Notes: generated from the sequence alone by a model not told the origin. A stretch of 64,000 bases of DNA from the human T2T-CHM13v2.0 reference genome, Homo sapiens (GCF_009914755.1 NC_060927.1), one strand, 5' to 3'. Positions 37,493-52,511 are shown, counted from the stretch's first letter. Made by a program: numbers and translations.

Positions 37493-38029
37493 AACACTAA
37501 GTTGATTCTGGAATGCTTGGTTATTTGGAACTCATCGTTTTTTTTTTTGTTTTGTTTTTTTGTTTTTTTTTTTTTCTAGAGCAGTTGCCTTGTAGGGATA
37601 GGTTTGGGCCATGAATTACCATTAATGGGAGTATGGTATAAATATATATCTTTTTCACTTTCTATGAAGATTATGTTCTTAAAACCTACCACCAGTGAAG
37701 TCATAATTGAGAAAATTAATACACTGTGGGTAAAAATAATGCTGTAAAACCTTTCTAAATATGTTTGTGAAAATATTATTTTACCAAAAGCAAAAATGTA
37801 TTTATACCTCCTAGATAAAAACTGCATAATTAATTACTGGCACATAATACATGTTCAGTAAATATTTATTTCATGAGTTATATCAACTATTGCCCAACAG
37901 AACCTTTCTTGGAACTTCCTGATGAATAGTTATTTATAGCAATATTTGTACACCATCTTGAGAATTATGAGTGGAGATTAGAATAGGGAGAGTTTTCTTA
38001 AGAAAGAAACAAGAAAACTTTAAAGATAT

Positions 38030-38156
38030 CTCAGGAGGCTGAGGCACAAGAATCACTTGAACCTGGGAGGTGGAGGCTGCAGCCAGCCGAGATTGTGCCT
38101 GTGCACTCCAGCCTGGGAGACAGAGTGAGACTTTTTCTAGAAAAAAAAAAAAAAAT
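38030..38156 (+). mobile_element. Alu right-arm fragment
   Basis: ctcaggaggctgagg...poly-A; flanked by gatatc. Confidence 0.85.
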
Positions 38157-38549
38157 GATATCCATAAGTTCTTGTGGGAAAGATTTTCTCAAGTGAAACA
38201 GACTTGATCCTGAATTTTTCTCAGGCTGAGAAAATATGGCATGTTTTTACCTTCTGGGGAAACAGTTAAATAACTGTTCTTTCCACTACCCTGACCCCAT
38301 ATTCTTACACTTGGACTTATGTGCTCCCGATTTTCTCTCAGTTGCTGGCCCATGATGTACCTAGTCTCTCCAGCATGGCCCCAAACCTAGTCATTGCCCT
38401 CACCCTCAGTTTTCCCTCTTATTCAATCTTCATATCCATTCAACCACTATGTCCTGTTGAAGTTATCTCCTATCTCTGGAAGCCATCTCCACTGCAGTTA
38501 TTGTAGTCCAGTCCCCTACTCCCTAATTTATTTTCTAGACTATTTTATT

Positions 38550-38853
38550 TTTAATTTTAATTTTTTTTTTTTGAGACAGGATCTCACTCTGTTGTCCAGG
38601 CTGGAATGCAATGGCATGGTCTCTGCTTACTGCAAACCCCCACCTCCCAGGCTCAAGCGATCCTCCCATTTCAGCCTCCCAAATAGCTGGGACTACAGGC
38701 ATGTGCCACTATCCTTGGCTAATTTTTATATTTTTTTGTAGTGATGGGTTTCACCATGTTGCTCAGGCTGGTCTCGGACTCCTGGGCTCAAGCAATCTGC
38801 CTGCCTCAGCCACCCAAAGTGCTGGGATTATAGGCATAAGCCACTGTGCCTGG
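38550..38853 (-). mobile_element. AluJ
   Basis: Antisense Alu with J diagnostics. Confidence 0.88.
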
Positions 38854-39796
38854 ACTTCCTATTTTAAAATTTATCTACCAGTCTTCCAGTTTCTTGCCCC
38901 ACTAGGCCATCTTTCACATTTCTTCTTGATCTTTATAAGCATAACTGGCTGCTTATTGTTTTCGGAATAAAGCACTAGTCCTTTAAAGAGGCAGGTGAGG
39001 CCCCTCATCTGACCCATGCCTGAATTGCCATCCTTAGCTGCCATTCCTTGCCTGGCATGTTCTATTCCATACTTCAAATTCCTGTGATTCTGGAATATCA
39101 CCTCTGGACTCTATTTTGGCACTTCCGCACATAGTGTTCCTATTGCCTCAGTTCCTTTTCCCTGCTTCTGCTTGCCTGCAAAACTCCCATTTTTCACTTA
39201 CGAGTGTGCTCAGGCAATATCTCAAAGCTGTCTCTAACCTCATGTATTTTTTATTCTGTCTTGTATTTTTCATCATTTTATTATGTTACATTATAATGGT
39301 TTGTTCACACATCTTTCCCTTTGTCAGCTTTGCTAGGGAAGGAACAATGTGAAATTTCTTTACCTTTGTATCAACAGTGCCTGGTACTTAGGAGGTGCTC
39401 AATAAGCATTTGTTGAACTCAACTGAAGAGTCAGACATTTCTCTGTGCTAGTCTGCAGGTTGTGACTTAAGTCCCCAGTTGTCAGCAGGAAGGAGGCATG
39501 GTGAGTATGCGTGTCCACGAAGTGTCTGCCAGGAGCAACAGTTCTGAAACTTTCCCTAAGATTGTATTAAACAGAAGATCCCATAAGAAACAATATTTTT
39601 CAATTAGAGATTTAAAAGTCCTATCACAATTTAACTAAACGCTTTCAATTATATTGATGTCAGGGTCAACAGGAGGAAAATGCATGCAACTGCAGAAACA
39701 CACCTGTGTCAACTGGAATACCTATGAAATAGCAGGAACTGAAGAGTAATGCTGGCCTAGCAGGAGGGCATTTGCAGTTTACAAATCCCAAACTGG

Positions 39797-40101
39797 GCCA
39801 GGCATGGTGGCTTGCACCTGTAATCCCAACTACTCAGGAGTCTGAGGTGGGAGGATTGATTCAGGCCAGGAGTTCAAGAGCATCCTGTGGAACATAACAA
39901 GACCTTGTCTAAAAAAAATAAATAAAAAAATAAATAAATAAATAAAAAAACCAGGTATGGTGGTGCATGCCTGTAGTCCTAGCTATTCTGGATGCTGAGC
40001 CTGAGGTGGAAGGATCGCTTGAGCCCAGGTGTTGGGAGCTGCAGTGAGCTAGCATCATGCCACTGCACTCTAGCCTGCGTATCAGAGAGTGAGACCCTCT
40101 C

Positions 40102-40141
<40 letters not shown>
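39797..40141 (+). mobile_element. AluJ with long poly-A
   Basis: Alu dimer with an A-run of about 36 nt. Confidence 0.88.
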
Positions 40142-40144
<3 letters not shown>

Positions 40145-40424
40145 CCAAAGTGGAAGCACTTCCTGAGATTTTGGGCCCTGGGATGATAAAGAATTTGAGT
40201 GTCTTGCTTATTGTGCACTGAAATTTAATTCATGACTTTAGAAGGACACAGATGGAGCCACGTCAGATCCTCAGAACAAAAGAGAAAAGATGTTGGGGTT
40301 GCTCAAGACCACACAACCAGTGTCAGATGAGGTTTAAACTGCAGTGTCCTTGCATTTCATTTACTTTTCCCTGTATTGGTCATACCTCTATTCCATATGC
40401 CTCTTTATTTTTTATAGAACTACT

Positions 40425-41020
<596 letters not shown>

Positions 41021-41725
41021 AGAATTGACCACTTAGTGCTCCAATCTTTTCCTTATCCTGAGGATGTGAGGAGCTCACTTGTATAAGATTGAGAAGCTTT
41101 TTGTTCTCAAAATCTCAGACTTTCCTGAGTGTGAGGGTGACAAGTAAGTTGATGATACCTTTTGACCCCTACTTTCTACATAAGGTAGAAACCTAATCTT
41201 GACGATATGTGGCATTAGTTTCATTTATCCAGTGGCCACATCAGGGCTAAGGTTATTTTAGTGTTTTGGAACGTTTTTGGTGTCCATCCCTACCATCCGT
41301 TTTCCACCTCATTGAAAGAAGCTCAGCCCAAACTGCTATTAAACTCCAGATTACGGTTTCTAGTAACCTCAGGTGCCTCCCTCCAGACTTAATGTCCTCC
41401 ACACACTACACCCTGCTGATTTGGAGACTCTTTGAAGCCTAATGTTTGGGGAATGAATAATTAGACCTAGGGTCTCTGGCCTGTGAGATGTTAGGGCTGG
41501 AGGGAAGAACTTGCTATCTGATTCCAAAGAAGTGCTGAGAATGTGACACCTGGAGAGGGAAACTTAACATTATTGTTACATGGCATGTCAACTGACAATT
41601 TTACAAAGGGTCACTTTTTAGCCAAAGATAGCGATGGCCTCAGTCTGTGGCACCAGCATTCCTGATTTGTGTCCAAAAGGGACTCCATTTTGGGAAAACA
41701 GCCAATCTGAAGATTGGAATGGATA

Positions 41726-42018
41726 TTTTTTTTTTTTTTAAGATGGAGTCTGGCTCTGTCACCCAGGCTGGAGTGCAGTGGCATGATCTCGGCTCACTGC
41801 AAGTCCACCTCCCAGGTTCAAGTGATTCTCCTGCCTCACCCTCCTGAGTAGCTGGGATTACAGGGGCACACCACCACGCCCGGCTAATTTTTGTATCTTT
41901 AGTAGAGACGGGGTTTCGCCATATTGGTCAGGCTGGTCTCAAACTCCTGACCTCGTGATCCGCCCCCCATGGCCTCCCAAAGTGCTGGGATTACAGGTGT
42001 GAGCCACCATGCCTGGCC
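41726..42018 (-). mobile_element. AluS
   Basis: TSD tggaatggata. Confidence 0.9.
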
Positions 42019-42540
42019 TGGAATGGATAATTTCTCTGCTGCATCTCATTAATTTATACAGCAAGTGTTCACTTCTATATGCTGCACACTAGGGATATGA
42101 TGGTGTGCACACAGCCCTATTGTCCTGAGATTGCAGATCAGTAGGAATGCTTGGAAGTGAATAAGGTACTCTCCACTCATGCCTTTATCTCTGGACTTTA
42201 CCTGTCAAGATGAGCCCATGTGTGCAAATATTTCCTGAGTTAGAGCCAGCAAGATCTGAAGTTTTGTAGAAAGGGATGGGTGTGCTACCTTGAGGCCCTG
42301 AAAGGTCAGTGAAGTCAGGGCAGAACAATAGGTACTGGAGCTGGGATTTGAGACACAGACAATAGTCCTAACATTTACTGAAGATTTAAAAAATACTAGA
42401 TGTTCTTAGTAATTCACACGTATTAACCTCACTTAATCCTCACAACAACCCTGTGGTACCATTATTATACCTGGTAAGTGAGGAAGCAGGCACAGAGAGG
42501 TAAAGTTGCAAAGTTCATACACTGAGAATCAGGGATTTGA

Positions 42541-42879
<339 letters not shown>

Positions 42880-43069
42880 TGAACAAAGATCCTGGGTCAG
42901 TAAGGTGTCAGGGGTTTCTGTGAAGAGGTCAGTTTTCTTCCAGATGAGGATGTGTGTGAGGAAGGTGGAAGCCAGTTTTGTGAAAAGCCTTGAGAATCCC
43001 CAAAGGACAGTAACATAGGAAGCTAAATGTGGCGGACTTGCAGGATGAACTGATGCACAGTAAGAGCTC

Positions 43070-43580
43070 CTTGTGGTCGACCCTTCTGACTTCCATCCCG
43101 TTTCCCTGTGCTGGAAGACGCACGTCAGGTGGGGTCGCAGGTTGTTTCTGGTGCCGGCTTAACCGGCGCAGCACCGAAACCCGTAGCTGCGTGCGGGAAG
43201 GAACCACCGAGCGGAAGCCGCTCCCACCTTCCTAGAGAGGAGACGGTAGTGGTTATTAGCCGAGGCGCGGACTGCTGACGTCACGCCGGCTGGGCGCGTC
43301 CGGGACTTATTCCTTTCCGCAGGGCAGCACCCAGGGACCTGAGTGTTGCAAGGTGCGAGAGGGGAGCGCCGCGGGGAGCGCCGCGGGAAGCGCATGGTGA
43401 GCGGTTTCTGCTGTGCCCGGCTGCCGCGGGTCGATTCCAGCTCCTCCCTCGGGAAGCAGGGCGTTTTTCTTCCTGGAGGGCCTGTGGAGCGGAGGCCCGA
43501 GGCCTAGGGCAAACTTGCCATGAAGAAAGGAGAGGCTGTTCGAGAGCCCTAGGCTGGGAGTCGGAGGACCTGGGTTCGAT
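43070..43580 (+). promoter_or_regulatory. ZNF501: CpG-island promoter and exon 1 of ZNF501
   Basis: CpG-dense; perfect CRE TGACGTCA at 43276-43283; ETS cores (cggaag) near 43212; candidate donor ATG|gtgagc at 43396/43397. Confidence 0.8.
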
Positions 43581-45149
43581 TTATACATACTTAAGCATGT
43601 CAGTGAACTTCTGGGCACTTTAGTTTTCTGATTTCCAGAAGTAAATACTGTTTCCTGCCTTGCCGTTTCCCAAAGTTGTGCGGGTTGAAGTAAGTATATG
43701 CAAGAATTAGTGCCTTCCCTTCATTATTTATTCTTCTCTAACAACAACAAAATAGGTACCGTATGAAGACATGTAGACTCAATACTTTAACAGCAGGCAC
43801 TATTTATTGAATGCTTACCAGCTGGCATTCTTCTAAGTAGTTGCCATGTAGTAACCCACTTATTCATTACGACAACCCTATAAAGTAGTTACTGGTATCG
43901 TCTCCATTTAACAGTTGAAAAAACTGGAGCAAAAAAAGGTTAGGTAACTTGTTCAAAAGTCCTAGTCCTGGAGCCCATGCCATACTTGTAAGTTTGCTGG
44001 TGGAAGACAGAATGTAATCAGACTAGAAAGTCCTACAGTAGAAACTTGTAAAATTCTTTGAGAATGTAGACGAGGAAGGGCCTTGGAAAAGTCAAAATTT
44101 TCCCACAAGGAAGAGGTGTGAAGTTTCACATTTGAGCTAAATATTAAAGGTTGACTGCAAGCTTGAAAATAATTGCTGGCTTATTTGACCAAATGAGGAA
44201 ATAAAAGAGACGTTTGAAAATAATTAAACAGTTTGTTCAGTGTCAGTTAAGAGATGCTAGTGGATTGGGATGTATTAGACAGGAAACCAGGTTCCTGCCT
44301 TTGAATACAGTGTTCTTTGCATTAGGAGGGTTCTTGAAACCTTTCCCTTATGAAGAGTCCTTAACATCTTACAGCAGATACTCCTTACACAAAGGCAATC
44401 CTCTTGTTATTTTCGAGTAATTCCCCCAATTCTAATTGTAGGAGGATAACTGACAGGAAGTTTCCCTGCTGTTGATTCAGCCCGTTCTTAACAAGACCCA
44501 TTCACCTCACGGCTAGCTCATTTAGTACTTTTCAAATAAATGAATAAACAGATTCAATCAAAGATGGACTGGAAGGGCTTGATTTGAGGTTTTTGCTCTT
44601 TTCCCATCTGTATATAGAATCAAAGCTTTGTAGAATGTTGATATTACAAGAAGCTTTAAATATTATCTAGCTTTTCAATTTCATTTAACAAATAAGAAAT
44701 GGATGAGACTGAGTGACCTGTGTTAGGTCATTGAACAAATTGGTGGCAGAGCTGAGACTAGAATCCACACCTCTTGACTGAGTCCATTACTGGTCCTACT
44801 GCCCTCTATTGTAGCCCTGCAGCATTTGACTTTTGAAATCAATGGCTTTTCCAGTAGACTTAGGGGAGCCATTGGGCTCCAACCTGATGTCGTATAAAGA
44901 AATTTTTACGCCCAGATGCTTAGTCCTAGGAAGGACCTGCCCTCTTTGTACATTGTCACATCTCTCTGAAGTCTGCCAACTCACTAATTTTTGTCATTGG
45001 AGATACTCCTCTAGGATAATAACGATATTCTTTCATTTGAACTTAAAATGGTCATTTGGTTAGAGATGGGATGTTCTTGAGTTACCCTGAATCTAGAAGG
45101 TGTAGGAAGTAGGCTGGCAATTTATGAGTGGCTCTTTTTCCTCCCTCAG

Positions 45150-45234
45150 TGCCTCAAATTCCTGCCTTTCCTCAAGAGAAGAGCCCCCAGGAGAAAAGCC
45201 AGTATTGCTTGTGCTCCTAACAACCTGTCTCTTG
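45150..45234 (+). other. ZNF501: Predicted ZNF501 internal 5' UTR exon (85 nt)
   Basis: Strong acceptor ctctttttcctccctcag and perfect donor G|gtaagt. Confidence 0.7.
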
Positions 45235-46504
45235 GTAAGTTAACTCTAACTAGAGAGCCCAGGATGGTGGTGGTTGTGAGACTACCATCAGAAGTGATGG
45301 CAGACCTATGGTGGGACCCACCAATGTCCACTAAATGTGGACCCAGCAGAAAATGCAGGACCACACAGAAATGGATACCATTTTACTCAAATCAGTGAGG
45401 GTGGCCCACTGTGAAAACGGCTATGGAATAATTGGTTATGGGACAGGTCCTAGAGTGCACTAAGTTCTTATCAGAGTACCTGAACTGAAGACTCTACAGT
45501 CATCTGGTAGCACATCTTTAAACCACTTATTGAACTGCTCAGTATGATGCCTTAATGGTGTAGTGGTTGGATCAAGGAATATGGGTAGTAAATTATTGGA
45601 AAACCCATTGCAAATGTGATTAGGTATTTCCTCAGAGAATATGGAATGGGCTTCTGGCCATGTTTAGAACAAGAGCTTAAGTTATTGCAGCTGACATTGT
45701 CACTGGCAATCAAAAGGCAACATGGAGCCTGGGTGTCTGTCAAACTCAGTAAAATAATTCTGGGTAAATTGTATTCTTAGGTTATGGGAACTCTGTGAAG
45801 AGAATATGACTGTGTCCTGAAGAATTTGGATTAGTTTAATATGTATGCATAATATATGTACACTTATGTACGTATTTATGTTTATATGCATCAAGAGATA
45901 CCTAGAAGAAGGTCCATTAAAATACTATTATTTTCTGTGGCTGGGTTTCAAGTGATTTCCTCTTCGGAGTAGCTGACCATTTAATAGAATGAGCATGCAT
46001 TCTTTGTATGATAAGAAAAAAACCTTTTTATTTTGGAAAAATGAGAGTAAAGGAATTAAAAATGTGCTTAGAGTTTTGGTTTTACATCTGGTTGCTTAAA
46101 CCAACTGGAGTTTGTTTTTGTATATAGCATATCCATGTTGTAAGTTAATACATCAGATAAAGATAGGTTTAGGTAAGATAGTCCACATATTTAACAAACA
46201 GTATGGTACAGGCATTGCCCAAGCAGGTAGTCGTGAACAATTTGTACAGATATAGCAGTGTGTATCATTTGACTCTCAGCCCCAATAGATCCATATGTAC
46301 CAACATGAAGTGATCTCTAAGACACATTTTTTAGTGGGAAATAAAAGCAAATTGCAGAGCAGAACCTGTAGAACAATTTCATTTATTTAAAGAGAATCAA
46401 GTGATATATGTGTATAGAAAAATGTGAAGAAAAAAGGAATGAAGGAAGATACTTCAAACTTGATAATCTCTGGGGAAAGGAATAGGTTTATTTTGTTAAC
46501 AAAA

Positions 46505-46798
46505 ATTTTCTTTTAGAGAAGGGGTCTTGCTCTGTATACTAGGCTGGAGTGCAGTGGCATGATCATGGCATACTCCAGCCTCAACATCCTGGGCTCAAGT
46601 GATTTTCCCACCTCAGCCTACTGAGTAGCTGGGACTACAGGTGCACATGACCACACCCAGCTAATTTTTTATTTTTTGTAGAGACAGCATCTCACTATGT
46701 TGCCTAGGCTGCTCTTAAAACTCCTGGCCTCAAGTGATCCTCCTGCCTCAGCCTCTCAAAGTGTTGAGATTATAGGTGCGAGCCACCATGCCTGGCCT
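46505..46798 (-). mobile_element. AluJ
   Basis: Diverged antisense Alu. Confidence 0.85.
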
Positions 46799-48095
46799 AT
46801 CTTATATACTTCCATATTATCTAAATATTTTAAAGTGAGGATATATAGTTGTGTAATTTACATGATTAGAAAACAGACAAAAATGGGCCTCAGAGAAGAA
46901 GAATGTGTTAGTGTCTCCAGCACCAACTAGGGAAGAGATTGCTCTGACGTGCAGCACCTGAATATTCATTCTTTAATTCTGTGTGGCTTATTTAGGGCAC
47001 CAGGGTTTCAAAATTTGATAATCATTTAGTTATGATCAATTAAATATTTTGTTCTTTCTCCAGTTCTTTGTTTCCCAAAGAGTGCTCTAATGACAGTGAT
47101 TTGGTTCACATACTGTTTTTCTAAAGTCCAGAGAATATGTTAACCAGCTCTATATTAAGCACAGAAGTTTTTCATTGTAAATAAATGAAGTGACTTTATT
47201 TTCTCTCTCATTCCCCTTATAAATCTGATTAGTATATTTCAGATTTCTTTGGCTACAAAGGTGAGGGCCAGCACCTGGACCATGATGCTGTAGTCAAGTT
47301 ACTGTCCAATTAAACCTTCTTCTTTAAGGACCACTTCTCTAATTTTCCTGAAACAAAACAGTGATATCTTACTTTCTTTCAGTAAGCAGGACTCTAGTTT
47401 TCAAACCTATAGGTTTCCAGTTGGGCCTAGGGAGAGAATTATAGATGGTGAATGTTTTGGAGAGAAAGAGAGATCCAATGAGGCACCTGTAAAGGTGACT
47501 GAATGAGGAAGGATTGGTGAGATAGGCCTAGTGAAAGTTACAGCCTGGATCACATTTGAAGTTTTAGAAAGGAAACTCTTTGACTATCACTAGCCTGCCA
47601 TGATTATAGGTAACCTAAAGAAATAGAGTTATTATTCCTCTGTTTTTTGAGCAGTAGAGACTAAGTGGACAGTAAGTTTCCGTAACACTTATATGCCCAA
47701 GTCTAGGATACTTATTCCTTTCATATTTTCCAGTTATTTATCACTGTGGGTGCAAATCTGGATGATCCCAAATTACCTGGGTTAGTTTTTAGTATTTGAT
47801 TGTTTCAGAATCAATTGTGATATGGAATTTTATAGAATTCCTAATACCTGTCACTACTTAATCTCTTCAGAGAGGCTGATCATCAGGGGTTCACTTTCAG
47901 AGAAGTTGAGAATGCAGGCTGAACAAGGAAGAGGAAGGGGAATCCTGCAGGGATGAATGAGAGGACAGCAATGCATGTGTGATGTGTGTGAGCACACACA
48001 CACAGTAACCTTTCCTAGGAGAACTGTATTACTCTAATGATAATCACCTTTGAGGAAAAAAAACTTGTAAGTATGAATTTGGTGTTACAAGCAGC

Positions 48096-48911
48096 ATGAA
48101 TTCCAGCCAAATATCACTCAGAATGAAACATGGGAGAGTTAACGTGCAGAAGAAACCTTCAAAGTGTAGTGAATGTGGGAAGTTCTTTACTCAGAGATCA
48201 TCTCTTACCCAGCACCAGAGGATTCACAGAGGAGAGAAGCCCTATGTGTGCAGTGAATGTGGAAGTTGTTTCCGTAAACAGTCAAATCTTACTCAACATC
48301 TGAGAATTCATACCGGAGAGAAACCTTATAAATGTAATGAATGTGAGAAAGCCTTTCAAACAAAAGCAATTCTTGTTCAGCATCTGAGAATTCATACTGG
48401 AGAGAAACCCTATAAATGCAATGAATGTGGAAAAGCCTTTTGTCAGAGCCCATCCCTTATTAAACACCAGCGAATTCATACTGGAGAGAAACCATATAAA
48501 TGTACAGAATGTGGCAAAGCCTTCAGTCAGAGCATATGCCTTACTCGTCATCAGAGAAGTCATTCTGGAGATAAACCTTTTAAGTGTAATGAATGTGGGA
48601 AAGCCTTTAATCAGAGTGCATGTCTCATGCAGCATCAGAGAATTCATTCAGGAGAGAAGCCCTACACATGCACTGAATGTGGTAAAGCCTTCACTCAGAA
48701 CTCTTCCCTTGTTGAACATGAAAGGACTCACACTGGAGAGAAACTTTATAAGTGTAGTGAGTGTGAAAAAACTTTCCGCAAACAAGCACACCTTAGTGAG
48801 CATTACAGAATTCATACTGGAGAAAAACCTTATGAGTGTGTTGGATGTGGGAAATCCTTTAGGCACAGTTCAGCACTTCTTCGACATCAGAGGCTTCATG
48901 CTGGAGAGTAA
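48096..48911 (+). CDS. ZNF501: ZNF501, 271 aa, 9 C2H2 fingers, no effector domain
   Basis: Intact [19 protein letters not shown]...HQRLHAGE*; paralogous to ZNF502. Exon acceptor probably at 47870/47871 (alternative 47808/47809). Confidence 0.96.
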   Translation: MNSSQISLRMKHGRVNVQKKPSKCSECGKFFTQRSSLTQHQRIHRGEKPYVCSECGSCFRKQSNLTQHLRIHTGEKPYKCNECEKAFQTKAILVQHLRIHTGEKPYKCNECGKAFCQSPSLIKHQRIHTGEKPYKCTECGKAFSQSICLTRHQRSHSGDKPFKCNECGKAFNQSACLMQHQRIHSGEKPYTCTECGKAFTQNSSLVEHERTHTGEKLYKCSECEKTFRKQAHLSEHYRIHTGEKPYECVGCGKSFRHSSALLRHQRLHAGE

Positions 48912-50733
48912 AATTTGGAATATAATGAGTATGGGAAGATTTGTATGGAAGCACCTTTTTTTTCTCCTAAATTCCTAGGAATGTAAGACTCAATCTGTAG
49001 CTAGTATGAATATTTTGTATTTTGAACAAGAAATGTTGTGTCCTAATGTGTCCTAGTCTGGAGTTTGATGCCTTATCTGCTGCTCAGTGGGTGTAACCTT
49101 ATCCCTTCTGAGCCTCAGTTTCCCCATTCCCCCCAATAGAAAAATGGGGATATTTCCTAGGGTTGTCCTGAGAATAAAATGAGTTCTGTGTGACAGTTAA
49201 CTGCCATTAATTAATTAGCCGTTCTAAAAGTTTATTTACAATATCAAAATCTGACAAGTAAATCAGCATTGTTGTTTGGTTCTCATAATGTATTGTTTCT
49301 TAAGAACATTTTGTAATTGGGCTATGATTTTATGATCTACAGACGTCTATTTAAACTATAATGTCTTGGTTTAAATAGGATAATACAATCTAAGACTGGT
49401 TTGTCCTTGAGAAATTTCAGATTTAATCAGAGAAAAATGTACTGATTGGGATTTGAGTGGACATTGTGGGGTGTATTTCTGGATACCCTCAAGATCTTCA
49501 TTTAAATTTTGATACTTTCTATTACTAGATCTAATTTGATTTTAAGCTCTAAGTTTCACTTTTCCATTAAACGGAAAGCCTCCCTGACATTAACTGAATA
49601 AAACCTCATGTTGTGGGACTTCTGTGTGTGTTTAGGGTTGGCAGCAGGTGATTAGGAGAAGGCATATGACAGTAGAGAGGACTGGAATATAGAGGAGAAT
49701 ATAAGCATGTAGATGAGGATGTGGCTGTATTTGTTTTGAGTTCTAGGAGCACAGCACCAAATGTGGTCTCTTAAGGGAAGATGAGGGTAGAAGATGTTAA
49801 GATCCCAGGTTCCAGCAACTGATGCCACTGACTAACAACTAGCCACTTGTCAGAGGAAGGAGAGAACAGTGTCTTGGGGATGCTGATGGGTTGGAGTGCC
49901 TAATGGCTCATTAAAAGCCATGAAAAAGCAAAGAAATCAAAGAATACTTTTGATGGAGCTTTAGGCTATGCTAAGCTCTTTAATGTAAACAAGCACCTCT
50001 AACGCTAAAAGCACCCTTGCAAGAAAGGTAGGAGTTACTATTCACATCCTAGAGTCAAGGAAAAAGAGAAGATGTTTGACTTGCTCAAAGTCAAGCAGGT
50101 AATGTCAGAATTGAATCTCAAATCTATATCTTTATAGATTTGCAGTTCTGGTTTATATAATACCAAAGTCACATACAGGTAATTTCCCACCATTGAACCT
50201 TCCTGTTGGTGTGAGATGCCAAATCTGTGAAAACCAGACACAGGTGGCCAGGTGGGTGTCGAACTCCTGACCTCAAGTGATCCGCCTGCCTCAGCCTCCC
50301 AAAGTGCTGGGATTACAGGTGTGAGTCACCACATCTGGTCGGATTTTAACTATTCTAATAGGTATGTAGTGGTATTAATTGTTTTAATCTGCAGTTCACC
50401 AATAATATATGAATTTAGCATCTTTTCATATGTTTGCCATCTGTATAGCTTTGGTGAGGTATCTGTTAGAGGTTTTGCCCATTTTTAATTGGATTGCTCA
50501 TTTTCTTATTGTTGAATTTTAAGTGTTCCTTGTATATTTTGTATAACAGACCTTTATCAGATAGGTCTTTTGCAAATATTTTCCTCCCAGGCTGTGGCTT
50601 ATTTTCTCAATCCTTGATTCCTTCTCTTTACTTTTTTTTTCTTTTTTCTTTTTTTAAAGAAATGGTAGCATAATATACACAGTTGTCCATTTTTTAAAGA
50701 CTAAACCATCTCACAGATTGTTCTGTATCAGTA

Positions 50734-50739
50734 AATAAA
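50734..50739 (+). terminator. ZNF501: Candidate ZNF501 polyadenylation signal (AATAAA)
   Basis: AATAAA followed by GT-rich cagtgtgtcattgtct. Other AATAAA occur near 49173 and 49597. Confidence 0.45.
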
Positions 50740-50814
50740 GATCTTTCCCCCACCCTTGCCCAGTGTGTCATTGTCTTAATAGACCATTATTAGTTCCCTA
50801 TTGGTGGACACTTA

Positions 50815-51297
<483 letters not shown>

Positions 51298-51400
51298 TCA
51301 GTAAAGCAAATAAACAATTGCTCAACAATTCTTTGGTACCAAAAAATTTTTTTTGAATTTCCAACTCACCCCACATTGTTGACAGAATTTCCACCTGTTA

Positions 51401-51606
51401 GCTAGGAGGCTGAGGAAGGAGGATCAACTGAGCCCAGGCATTCGAGAGCAGCCTCAGCAACAAAGCAAGACCTCAAAAACAAATGAACAACCTGTTTACC
51501 CTGATGTGATTTTAATGCATTTTATGCCTGTATCAAAATATCTCATTTATTCCATACATATATACACTTACTATGTGCCTACAAAAATTGAAAAATAAAA
51601 ATAAAA
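51401..51606 (+). mobile_element. Alu-monomer/L1MA 3'-end chimeric insertion
   Basis: Perfect 15-bp TSD aatttccacctgtta at 51386-51400 and 51607-51621, enclosing an Alu fragment plus an L1MA tail. Confidence 0.75.
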
Positions 51607-52511
51607 AATTTCCACCTGTTATCTGAGTAACCAGCATAACACACTTGAATCCATTTGCAATGTAGTTGTCACATTCTTAGTGATTCTGCATAGGATCAAG
51701 CATTTTACTCCCTATGTGTTCTATTGCAGTCATGCCCAAGCCTGTACATACTGAAATATATATCGTTTTTATTATAAATTATGTTGTTTTTAAGACTTTT
51801 TCATATTAAGCTAGGTGATTTATTAATTTTTAATAATGTATATATGTAGGTGGTTTATATTTCCTAGGATTTTCATTTTAGGGTAGTAAAGGTGGTATTA
51901 TGAAAATATCTGTGTAGGCTGGTGGCAGTGGTGCACACCTGTAATTCCAGTGTTTGACTGGCTGAAGTAGGAGGATCGCTTGGGTGCAGGAGTTCGAGGT
52001 TGTAGTGAGCTGTGATCTTGCCACCACACTAGAGTCTGGGTGACAGTCCGACTCTGTCTCAAAAAAACTCTGTAGGGCATTGGGTTTGATGGGGGCTTAG
52101 TGAACGCTTCATGGCATATATTAGAGAATGCAGAAAATGTGCTATAATGAGACTAGAGTTTGAGCCCTAGAAGTATGGCCTTAGGTAAAGTTCTGAACAT
52201 TGCCCCCTTTTATTTGTAAAATGGAAATGAGATACTATTAATAATACTCCGGGACTTCTGTAAAAAAGAAATACACAAGAATCCTAGATGTATACATAAA
52301 ACCCAGAACCATAAAACTCCAAATGAAATTTTAGAACATTATTTTTGCAAACATTAGGTAGGCAAAGATTTGTTGGACAGGAGAAAACATTAGCCATAAA
52401 ATTAAAAATATAATAATTTCATACAATCAATAAATTAATGAAAATGAAGAATATTCTGTCACTAAGAGAAACCTTTAAGAAAATTAGCAGACAAGCCACA
52501 GGCTGGGGAAA

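Noticed and set aside
49715-49735. gaggatgtggctgtattt (EDVAVF), resembling a KRAB-A start
   Set aside because: Similarity does not extend, there is no acceptor, and it lies downstream of ZNF501; probably chance.
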